Positions 54,933 to 62,344 of a stretch of 62,344 nt of DNA are shown here, piece by piece. The stretch comes from Candidatus Bathyarchaeota archaeon (GTDB taxonomy: Archaea; Thermoproteota; Bathyarchaeia; Bathyarchaeales; DTEX01). Location of the stretch: the NCBI GenBank assembly GCA_018396655.1, contig JAGTQF010000005.1, positions 1-62,344 on the forward strand. The letters are read 5' to 3'. The position numbers were made by a program, and so were the translations under genes. The notes under the pieces were generated by a model, which was not told where the DNA came from, searched no databases, and saw only the letters and a list, made by a program, of their open reading frames with translations. Each line of letters opens with the position of its first letter. The first letter of the stretch is position 1.

Positions 54933-56352
54933 GGAACTTCCTTATTCCAGGGTAGATCTCTTCGATGCGCTCACTTATTATCTGCTGATAATATTGATAG
55001 ATTATACCCACAGATAAGAGTATTCCTGTTCCAGTACCAAAAGCTCCGAATAAGTCCGCTATAGCCGCCAATAGACCGACAATCAATCCTCCAAGCAGGG
55101 TTACTGTCGGAATGTATCGCTTTAAGATAGCCTCTATAGGTTTCTCCGATCTCCTGAATCCTGGAACCTGCATACCCGCATCAACAAGTTGCTTGGCAAC
55201 AGTTCTTGGATCAAGCCCGCCAACCTGGAGCCAAACCCATGAAAAGAGGACACAAAAGGCGATTAGGAGTATAGCATAAATAGTATACCTTGTGGGGTCG
55301 CTTAAGAAGTCAGAGAATCCTCTTGGAGAAGTAACATAATATGCTAATCCGCCTATAGGACGATAATTACCACCAGTAACATCGAAGTCGCCAATCAATT
55401 TTATCCATGGGCTCAGACTTGGATTATTATGGTAATTGTTCCATAGAATCTGCCCCATGATATATATGTTTCCAAATAATGCTGAGGCGAATATGACTGG
55501 AAGGTTAGAGACATAGAGGAGGCTTATCGGGTATCTTCCCCTAAACCCTCTAAATTGCGAATGGGCGATGGGTATCTCAACTCTGACACCTTGAGCGTAA
55601 ATGCAGAATAAGAAAATAGCTATAGTCAAGATTAAGCCCATGATATCCGGGTCGCTGGCTGAGCCGGTCGATCTTACAAAGAGAATATTAAGAGACTCTC
55701 CCTGAGCTAGCGTCTGTATGATTGCCGGAATTACCCCTCTAAACCTCCTGGTTCCCTCAGTTAGGGAGGGTAGCGTCGAGAAGCAGTCCAGCATAATGTT
55801 TTGGGCAACGCCAGCCAATATAAAGAGGCTTATTCCGCTTCCTATTCCCCAACCCTTCTGAATCATTTCATCTAGTAGCATAATTATTAACCCAGCGATC
55901 ATCAGTTGTATAAAGATGATGACTGCTTGTAAAGCCTCTATCCTCCCGAATAAGCCGCCTAGCAGGTAGGCTGATGCCTGAACCATAGTCATAATTACCG
56001 CTAGAACCTTGTTAGCTCCAGAGAAAAGTGCCCTATCTTCTGGGTCAGAGAAGTCTACGCCTATGAAGCCCGAGGCTGCAAGCAACTGCAATATTAAGCC
56101 AGCTGTAACTATTGGTCCTATGCCGAGCTCCATTAAGGTGCCCCTTGTTGAGGCAAATATCACCCTATAGAATGATATGTCTTCTCCTCGGCTGAGACCG
56201 TATAGCGGGATTTCACTCATAATAAAGTAAATGAGTAGTGCGAGAGCTGTCCAAACAAGCTTCTCAGTGAAGCTAACCCTCCGCTCAGGAGCTTTAATCT
56301 CTGGAATAAAGCGTATCAGCGGCTGAAAAGCCTTTAAAAATCTGCCTGCCAC
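54922..56352 (-). CDS. secY: preprotein translocase subunit SecY
   Basis: 476 aa, 10-TM pattern. GIGPIVTAGLILQLL, SLLYVSNLPVIFA. Confidence 0.95.
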   Translation of the reverse strand: MAGRFLKAFQPLIRFIPEIKAPERRVSFTEKLVWTALALLIYFIMSEIPLYGLSRGEDISFYRVIFASTRGTLMELGIGPIVTAGLILQLLAASGFIGVDFSDPEDRALFSGANKVLAVIMTMVQASAYLLGGLFGRIEALQAVIIFIQLMIAGLIIMLLDEMIQKGWGIGSGISLFILAGVAQNIMLDCFSTLPSLTEGTRRFRGVIPAIIQTLAQGESLNILFVRSTGSASDPDIMGLILTIAIFLFCIYAQGVRVEIPIAHSQFRGFRGRYPISLLYVSNLPVIFASALFGNIYIMGQILWNNYHNNPSLSPWIKLIGDFDVTGGNYRPIGGLAYYVTSPRGFSDFLSDPTRYTIYAILLIAFCVLFSWVWLQVGGLDPRTVAKQLVDAGMQVPGFRRSEKPIEAILKRYIPTVTLLGGLIVGLLAAIADLFGAFGTGTGILLSVGIIYQYYQQIISERIEEIYPGIRKFLGR

Positions 56353-56414
56353 GCTTTACCCCTCAAATATTTCAGTAGAAAAATTTGTTTATGGAGACTT
56401 ATATTGGTTTGGGC

Positions 56415-56873
56415 TTAGCTAGCAGCCTCTGCCCTCTCGACGTCTCTAGTAATAATTACTTCCCCGCCAGCTTCTCTGATTTTTTTCAGAGCCTCTTTTG
56501 TGCAGGCTGGAACCTTAACTGTGACTGGCAAGGTTATCCTTCCTCCGCCAAGAAGCTTACTGTACCCCATCTCCGCAAGATCTACAAATATTTTTTCACC
56601 TTCCTTGACAGTAGAAGCTATCTTCTGTGCTATTTCATCAAGGGCCATTAGGTTTATGCATCTAATATTCTTTACTCTTTTTTGTTTTGGCGAGACGAAG
56701 CCCTTATAGCCGAAGTAATCCGGCTCATATCTGAGAACCCATGACCATAGATGCTTATGTCTACCAGCCCTCCGCTCTCCCTTAGATCCGCTCTTTCTAT
56801 GCTGCCCAACTCTACCATACCCGCATGTTCTAGACCCACGCTTCTTACGGATCTTCCTGAGACTGTGCGGCAT
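56415..56873 (-). CDS. rpl15: 50S ribosomal protein uL15
   Basis: 152 aa. RKKRGSRTCGYGRVGQHRKSG. Confidence 0.9.
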   Translation of the reverse strand: MPHSLRKIRKKRGSRTCGYGRVGQHRKSGSKGERRAGRHKHLWSWVLRYEPDYFGYKGFVSPKQKRVKNIRCINLMALDEIAQKIASTVKEGEKIFVDLAEMGYSKLLGGGRITLPVTVKVPACTKEALKKIREAGGEVIITRDVERAEAAS

Positions 56874-56889
56874 AGACCATTACCCCTCC

Positions 56890-57369
56890 TCATATCATTC
56901 TCTTCAATAAATCGTTTATTGCCTCACCCCTATATCCAGTTACACCTCCACTCGCCCAGCTCTTTTTTATACTTCCCTTATAACCCCCGCTCGGCGGCTT
57001 GAGGCGGAAGACAGGCTTTACGCCGGGGAGATTCTTAAACTCAACTTTTAGGCTATATATAGCGTCAGCTAGGTCGTCAAGTGACTGGAAACCGAGCTTC
57101 TGGGCGTACTCATCACTCATCCTCCTATTTCCAATTAGCCTACCCCTCTTCTTAAGGAGCATTGCGATAACATCCTTTGAAACTTCTCCCCAAGTAACCT
57201 GGTTCTGCACCTTCTGAAGCATGCCTAGATATGAGGGGCGATTATCTATTAGGGTTGCGTGGCAGTTACGGGTTAAATTAAGCATTCTTAAAGTATCCTC
57301 AATATCTTTCCTTACGTTAACTGTACCTCTAACCCTTACAACTGCCAGGCACTTATCTCCCTTCTCCAT
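56890..57369 (-). CDS. rpl30: 50S ribosomal protein uL30
   Basis: 159 aa. LAVVRVRGTVNVRKDIEDTLRMLNL. Confidence 0.9.
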   Translation of the reverse strand: MEKGDKCLAVVRVRGTVNVRKDIEDTLRMLNLTRNCHATLIDNRPSYLGMLQKVQNQVTWGEVSKDVIAMLLKKRGRLIGNRRMSDEYAQKLGFQSLDDLADAIYSLKVEFKNLPGVKPVFRLKPPSGGYKGSIKKSWASGGVTGYRGEAINDLLKRMI

Positions 57370-57372
57370 ATC

Positions 57373-58029
57373 TTACCTCACCCAATCGGACGGCGTAATG
57401 ATTTCATACGTCTTCTTTAGAGCCTCAAAGACGGCATATGCAAATGACGGTATAGTTCCAGTTTGACCATAACTTCTCATCCAACAATCCTTGATGCCAG
57501 CTAACCTGAGAATAACTTTAGCCACCTCACCAGCAACTAAGCCTAAACCCCTAGGTCCGGGTAAAATCTTAACTCTTACCGCGCCACATTTCCCGCTGAC
57601 TTCAAATGGCAATGAGTGGGGCTGCCCGCATCCGCATTCCCAACTTCCGCATCCCCTACGTATAATTGTAATGTTTAAGCGGGCTTCTCTGGCAGCCTTC
57701 TCTATGGCTGTGCGCACTTGAGCCGCTTTTCCAGAACCTATACCTAGACATCCATCCCTATTCCCAACGGCTACAATAGCCTTAAACCTAGACTTTTCAC
57801 CAGCATCGGTCTGCTTTTGAACCAGGCTTATGTTTATAACCTCCTCCTCAAGATTTGGGACAAGTATATTCACTATTTCCGGCTCACTTATCTTAAAGCC
57901 GCTAGCAAATACTTCTTCTAAGGACGATATTTCACCCTGAAGTACTAGCCTGCCGAGCCTGGTGCGTGGAATCCACTCAGACTCCTTTGCTTCACCCGCT
58001 CTTTCGCCCAAATACATCACACCTAGCAA
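57373..58029 (-). CDS. rps5: 30S ribosomal protein uS5
   Basis: 218 aa. WIPRTRLGRLV, KAIVAVGNRDGCLGIGSGKA. Confidence 0.9.
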   Translation of the reverse strand: MLGVMYLGERAGEAKESEWIPRTRLGRLVLQGEISSLEEVFASGFKISEPEIVNILVPNLEEEVINISLVQKQTDAGEKSRFKAIVAVGNRDGCLGIGSGKAAQVRTAIEKAAREARLNITIIRRGCGSWECGCGQPHSLPFEVSGKCGAVRVKILPGPRGLGLVAGEVAKVILRLAGIKDCWMRSYGQTGTIPSFAYAVFEALKKTYEIITPSDWVR

Positions 58030-58184
58030 CCTATTCTATTGAGTTCTGACTTAAACTTTTAAAGAAACATTTAATAGATTTAAACTTATCTGCTTAAACT
58101 GCAGAAAACTATTGCTGTGATGTCAATAAACTTTTATCTTTATCCTTCTTCATACATATGGCGTTGGAGTGATGGGTAAAAGAA

Positions 58185-59813
58185 ATGGGTAACATGGCGG
58201 CAGGGTCAGATAGCAAGATAATAGGCCATGGAACGTGGTATGATAAGATGGCCCTTAAAATTGTAGAGAGGGAGCATAGACTCGGCAGAAGTCTAGATGT
58301 TATTAGAGTTGAGAGCGGTGTCGCAGCATCAGGTATACCGCATATAGGAAGCCTCTCTGAAGTTACTAGAAACTATGCTGTCTCTTTAGCGATCAAAGAG
58401 CTCGGCTATAAATCTGAGTTTATAGTGTTCTCTGACAATAGAGATGGTTTGAGGAGTGTTCCCGCTGGATTACCAAAGTCTCTTGAGGAGCATCTAGGTA
58501 AGCCTGTGACTGATATTCCAGATCCATTTGAATGCCATAGCAGCTACGGGGATCACATGGTCTACTTACTGCTCGACGCCCTAGATAAGATTGGAATAGA
58601 GTATAGGTTTATGTCTGCGGCGGAAGCCTATAAACGTGGTTTACTTAACGATGAGATTCGAGACATCTTACTAAACTCCACTCGGGTTGGCAAAATAATA
58701 TATGAGGAGACTGGGCAGGAGAAGTATCTTGAGACCCTACCATATTTTCCGGTATGCGCATCCTGTGGAAGAATCTACACCACTAAAGCCTATAAGTTTA
58801 TGCCAGATGAGAACAAGGTGCTTTACGTCTGTGAGGGGATGGAGGTTAAGGGTAAGTGGCTTGAGGGATGCGGATACGAGGGTGAAGCGGATTACACTAA
58901 GGGTGAGGGGAAGCTTAGCTGGAAGGCTGGGGAGTTTGCGGCTAGGTGGCGTGCTCTAGGAATAAGGTTCGAAGCCTATGGGAAGGATATAGCGGACTCT
59001 GTCAGGGTTAATGATAGAATATCGCGTGAGGTATTAAGGTATGAGCCACCACTCCATGCACGCTATGAGATGTTCCTAGATAAGAGCGGAAGGAAGATCT
59101 CTAAATCAACTGGCAATGTTCTTACGCCGCAGACATGGCTTAGATATGGCTCCCCCCAATCCCTACTCCTATTAACTTTGAAGCGGTTTGTTGGGACAAG
59201 AAACATATCTATTTCTGATGTGCCACGCTACATGAACGAATTCGACTATCTTGAGGATATATACTTTGGAAAGGTTAAGATAAACGATAAGAGAGAAGAG
59301 GCGAAGCTTAAAGGACTTTACGAGTACTGCTGGCTCCTAAAGGTTCCGGAGAAGGCGAGCATACATGTGCCATACAACCTGCTTACTTACCTGGCGAAGG
59401 TTGCGCCTAAGGGCTCTGAAATCGATTTTGTTGCTGAGAAGCTGCGGGACTATGGGTATATTAAGGACAGAAGCGAGGTGGATGAGGGGCTGAAGCGCCG
59501 GATTGAGTATGCCCTAAACTGGATTACCGACTTTGAGGAGATAACTGAGACAACTGTTGAATTGAGCCATAATGAGAGGGAGGCGATAAGGCAGTTAATT
59601 CAGAGGCTTCGCATAGAGAGGGAGGCTGAAAAAATTCAGAGCGCAATATTTGAAGTCGCTAGAGGGAATAATATAGAGCCAAGAAACTTCTTTAGAATTC
59701 TCTACATGATACTCTTAGGCTCTCCTTCAGGGCCTAGATTAGGGCCATATATTGTTACGATGGGAATAGAGAACGTTATAAAGGCTCTTGAAAGGAGCCT
59801 ACAGAATACTTAA
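58185..59813 (+). CDS. lysS: lysyl-tRNA synthetase, class I
   Basis: 542 aa. SGIPHIGSLSEV (HIGH-type) and RKISKSTGN (KMSKS-type), archaeal class I architecture. Confidence 0.9.
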   Translation: MGNMAAGSDSKIIGHGTWYDKMALKIVEREHRLGRSLDVIRVESGVAASGIPHIGSLSEVTRNYAVSLAIKELGYKSEFIVFSDNRDGLRSVPAGLPKSLEEHLGKPVTDIPDPFECHSSYGDHMVYLLLDALDKIGIEYRFMSAAEAYKRGLLNDEIRDILLNSTRVGKIIYEETGQEKYLETLPYFPVCASCGRIYTTKAYKFMPDENKVLYVCEGMEVKGKWLEGCGYEGEADYTKGEGKLSWKAGEFAARWRALGIRFEAYGKDIADSVRVNDRISREVLRYEPPLHARYEMFLDKSGRKISKSTGNVLTPQTWLRYGSPQSLLLLTLKRFVGTRNISISDVPRYMNEFDYLEDIYFGKVKINDKREEAKLKGLYEYCWLLKVPEKASIHVPYNLLTYLAKVAPKGSEIDFVAEKLRDYGYIKDRSEVDEGLKRRIEYALNWITDFEEITETTVELSHNEREAIRQLIQRLRIEREAEKIQSAIFEVARGNNIEPRNFFRILYMILLGSPSGPRLGPYIVTMGIENVIKALERSLQNT

Positions 59814-59838
59814 AGCGGGCTGGAGTTTACGTCTACCG

Positions 59839-61152
59839 TTAAGATCCAATCTTATTTGGCAAATCCTCTATTTTAATGGCCTCTTGTATCCCGCGTTCCA
59901 TATTTTTTAGAACAACCTTTCCCTCACTAATCTCCTTTGACCCAACTATAATAACGTGTGTTATGTTCCTTCTACTTGCATCCGAGAGGGCTCGTGATAA
60001 ACCCCTCCTCATAACTTCTACCTCGGCTGGAATATTATACCTCCTAAGCATAACCGATATTTTGAAGGCATTAGATATATTTTCCTCGTTAACTGGAATA
60101 ATTAACGCCTTTATCCTCTGCTCCTTAGGAGCGTCAACTCCCTGCCTTTTCATTGCAAGCATTAACCTATCAACTCCTAGGGCGACGCCGACAGCGGGTA
60201 CATCACCGCCGCCGAAAATCCCTATAAGATTATCGTATCTTCCGCCCCCTCCAACGGCTATGTCTAGCTCGGGAACATAGACTTCAAAGATTATGCCAGT
60301 ATAATACTCTAGGCCCCTCGCGAAGCTAGCCTCGAAATAGAATTTTGCGTCGACGCCGCCATCCCTAACAAGATCTATGATCTCATCCAGGTTCCTCAGA
60401 GCCTCCTTTGCTTCAGGATAATCTTTAAGGGTCTCGCCGATTCTCCTAGTAACCTCCTCCCTATCATTACCTCTTATACTAAAAAGGTCTTTAAGGGTTT
60501 CTAAACCCCCCTTCGACACTCCATGCTCCTCCGCAATAATCATGGCTCCACTTAAATCTTTCTTGTCGAGACGCTGCATAAGCGCATTCTGTCCATCCTC
60601 AGATACACCCTCTCTCTCCAAGATGCCGCGTAGAATGCCTATATGATTAATCTTTAGTGTGTGATTTCTTACTCCGACGCAATTTAGAAAGTCGACTGTT
60701 AAGCTTATTACCTCAGCGTCAGCCTCTGGCTTATTTGAGCCAATAAGCTCATAGTTCGCCTGCCAGAACTCGCGGTACCTGCCGAGCTGAGGCTCATCAT
60801 ATCTATATAGGCTTCCAATGGAGAATAGCCTTATGGGTTTAGGTGAGCTGGCCATCTTTGTAGCCACAAGCCTAGCTATCGACGCCGTAAACTCAGGCCT
60901 TAGAGCGACTTTCCTCCCTCCGAGATCCTCGAAAACATACATGCGTTTCCTATTCTCTTCCCCAATCTTGGCGGCTAGGAGCTCATAATGCTCGATAACC
61001 GGCGTAATAACCTCCTCATAACCATATAGTTCAGCTATGTGTCTAGCTTTTTTCTCAATGAATCTAAGTACTCGGGCTTCATCAGGCAATAAATCCCTCA
61101 TGCCGCGCACGGTTTGTAGGAAGTCCAAATTTAAATGTTTCCCCCAGTCCAC
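59839..61152 (-). CDS. hisS: histidyl-tRNA synthetase
   Basis: 437 aa. VRGMRDLLP, YRYDEPQLGRYREFWQ (motif 2), GGGRYDNL (motif 3). Confidence 0.9.
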   Translation of the reverse strand: MDWGKHLNLDFLQTVRGMRDLLPDEARVLRFIEKKARHIAELYGYEEVITPVIEHYELLAAKIGEENRKRMYVFEDLGGRKVALRPEFTASIARLVATKMASSPKPIRLFSIGSLYRYDEPQLGRYREFWQANYELIGSNKPEADAEVISLTVDFLNCVGVRNHTLKINHIGILRGILEREGVSEDGQNALMQRLDKKDLSGAMIIAEEHGVSKGGLETLKDLFSIRGNDREEVTRRIGETLKDYPEAKEALRNLDEIIDLVRDGGVDAKFYFEASFARGLEYYTGIIFEVYVPELDIAVGGGGRYDNLIGIFGGGDVPAVGVALGVDRLMLAMKRQGVDAPKEQRIKALIIPVNEENISNAFKISVMLRRYNIPAEVEVMRRGLSRALSDASRRNITHVIIVGSKEISEGKVVLKNMERGIQEAIKIEDLPNKIGS

Positions 61153-61301
61153 AGTATTAACCAGTCTAAGGCTAGTATGCTACACAACATTAGATGATTA
61201 AGTAAATTTAAAGGTTTTTGAAGGAGATTATGCAATCCTATTTTCCAGCTTTTCTCAAACCGTTTTGAAACCAATAAGTAATTGATGACGAGTAGTTTAG
61301 T

Positions 61302-62105
61302 TTGGGGGTGGTGAGGGTGAAAATATATATTTTGACGGATATGGAGGGCATTAGCGGTATTTGGCGTCCGGAGCAGGTGCAGAAGGGCACATCTGAGTAT
61401 GAGAGAGGGCGTAGGCTTCTATGCGAAGATGTTAACGCTGCCATCGCCGGCGCTTTTGACGGCGGGGCCACCGAAGTTGTCGTCTTAGATGGACATGGCG
61501 ATGGAAACAACTTCATATTAGAGGTAATGGATGATAGGGCGATATACGAGACCGTAAAAAGCTCACTGGAAGTTATGCCGAGCCTAGATGAAACATTTAG
61601 CGGATTAATTCAGGTCGGCTGTCACGCCATGGCTGGAACACTCAACGCCTTTCTAGACCATACACAATCCTCAACAACATGGTTTAATCTCTACATTAAC
61701 GGTAGGAGGTTCGGTGAGATAGGGCAGGCGGGCGCCTACGCGGGCGCCTTCGGCGTTCCAGTAATCATGGTTACTGGGGATAAAGCGGCATGCGACGAAG
61801 CGCAATCATTCTTCGGCGATATTGAGGTTGTTGCAGTTAAAGTTGGGCTCGGAAGGAATAAGGCTAAGTGCATAGCGCCGAAGATGGCGCAGAAGATGAT
61901 CTATGATGCTGCCGTTAGGGCTGTTCAACGTGCAAAGTCTGGTGAGTTTAAGCCCTTAATTCTTGAAAATCCAATCGAGATGAGGCTAGAGCTCTGTCGA
62001 AGCGATTACGCTGACGAGTATGCTGCTAGACCTGGAGTGGAACGTGTAGATGCGCGCACTGTGCGAAAAATAATTAAAAGCGCTAAGGAAATCTATTACT
62101 GGTAA
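61302..62105 (+). CDS. dppA: D-aminopeptidase DppA (peptidase M55)
   Basis: 267 aa. KIYILTDMEGISGI, VVLDGHG and VIMVTGDKAACDEA are collinear with B. subtilis DppA. The probable true start is GTG 61317 (MKIYIL...). Confidence 0.8.
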   Translation: MGVVRVKIYILTDMEGISGIWRPEQVQKGTSEYERGRRLLCEDVNAAIAGAFDGGATEVVVLDGHGDGNNFILEVMDDRAIYETVKSSLEVMPSLDETFSGLIQVGCHAMAGTLNAFLDHTQSSTTWFNLYINGRRFGEIGQAGAYAGAFGVPVIMVTGDKAACDEAQSFFGDIEVVAVKVGLGRNKAKCIAPKMAQKMIYDAAVRAVQRAKSGEFKPLILENPIEMRLELCRSDYADEYAARPGVERVDARTVRKIIKSAKEIYYW

Positions 62106-62344
62106 CTATAAAATCCTCCAGTTCAGAAATATGATTTTCTCTAACATCCTAGTCCGGTCGGGCCCACCATATTATTTTTTGTGTTTTTGTGGTGCTTATT
62201 TTAGAATTTAAATTTAAAATTATTTTTTATGCTGCCTCCATTATTATCGTTATTTTTGCCTATTATACGGGCTTACCCTCTCCCCTCCCCGCCTTCCAAA
62301 CAGAAACCTTGTAGCCCGTCAAAAGCACTAGGATTTTCTTGCCA

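Noticed and set aside
56385-57721. + strand ORFs of 69-88 aa across the uL15/uL30/uS5 genes
   Set aside because: They are antisense to ribosomal protein genes with clear family signatures.
61238-61516. 92-aa minus-strand ORF overlapping the dppA start
   Set aside because: It is low-complexity (Ser/Pro/Thr-rich) and antisense to the M55 peptidase N-terminus, which aligns well to B. subtilis DppA.
62263-62343. Open minus-strand frame at the right edge (…GKKILVLLTGYKVSVWKAGRGEGKPV-stop)
   Set aside because: It may be the last 26 codons of a gene that starts beyond the window, but it is too short to support a call.
1-62344. Search by eye for CRISPR arrays, IS elements/transposases, integrases, rRNA and inteins
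   Set aside because: I found no regularly spaced short direct repeats, no transposase or integrase-like ORFs and no rRNA-like stretches. Housekeeping proteins (SecY, aaRSs, GatDE, AOR) have normal lengths with no intein-sized insertions. The only exact long repeat noticed is the 147-bp pair reported above. An exhaustive repeat computation was not possible.

Overview
62.3-kb archaeal chromosomal segment. Archaeal markers are GatD/GatE, class I LysRS, archaeal-type PPAT, RpoH, a DUF106 insertase, an S5-L30-L15-SecY-Cmk block and AT-rich TATA-like promoters. The lineage looks TACK/Thermoproteota-like (possibly Bathyarchaeia-like), but I cannot establish that from sequence alone. The window is densely coded, with about 65 supportable CDS and two tRNA genes, both with genomically encoded CCA: an initiator tRNA-Met and tRNA-Pro(GGG). 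I saw no rRNA, CRISPR array, transposase or integrase. From left to right the content is: (1) a nine-gene co-directional sugar/nucleoside-type cluster (793-9815); (2) a beta-propeller surface protein and a five-gene Opp/Dpp-type ABC transporter (9826-18724); (3) an APS-kinase-like gene and a tungsten AOR with a MoaD-like gene; (4) a GH29 fucosidase; (5) a decayed patch around tRNA-Pro; (6) a glycyl-radical-enzyme operon (26343-30451) flanked by a DegT aminotransferase and a GGT; (7) a DUF763 gene; (8) a PPAT / membrane protein / type II PanK trio; (9) an unusually long RpoH; (10) thiolase plus DUF35; (11) four uncharacterised winged-helix genes (38233-40608); (12) gatDE; (13) assorted small hypotheticals, MscS and a GH38 remnant; (14) aminoacyl-tRNA synthetases (Cys, Lys class I, His) and the ribosomal/SecY block. 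The items most worth follow-up are the paralogous winged-helix cluster, the full-length Rpb5-like RpoH, the GRE operon with a non-canonical thiyl loop, the perfect 147-bp repeat shared by the two ABC ATPase genes, and the bacterial/eukaryotic-type PanK in an archaeal CoA context. All functional calls rest on motif recognition by eye from the supplied translations. No database search was run.
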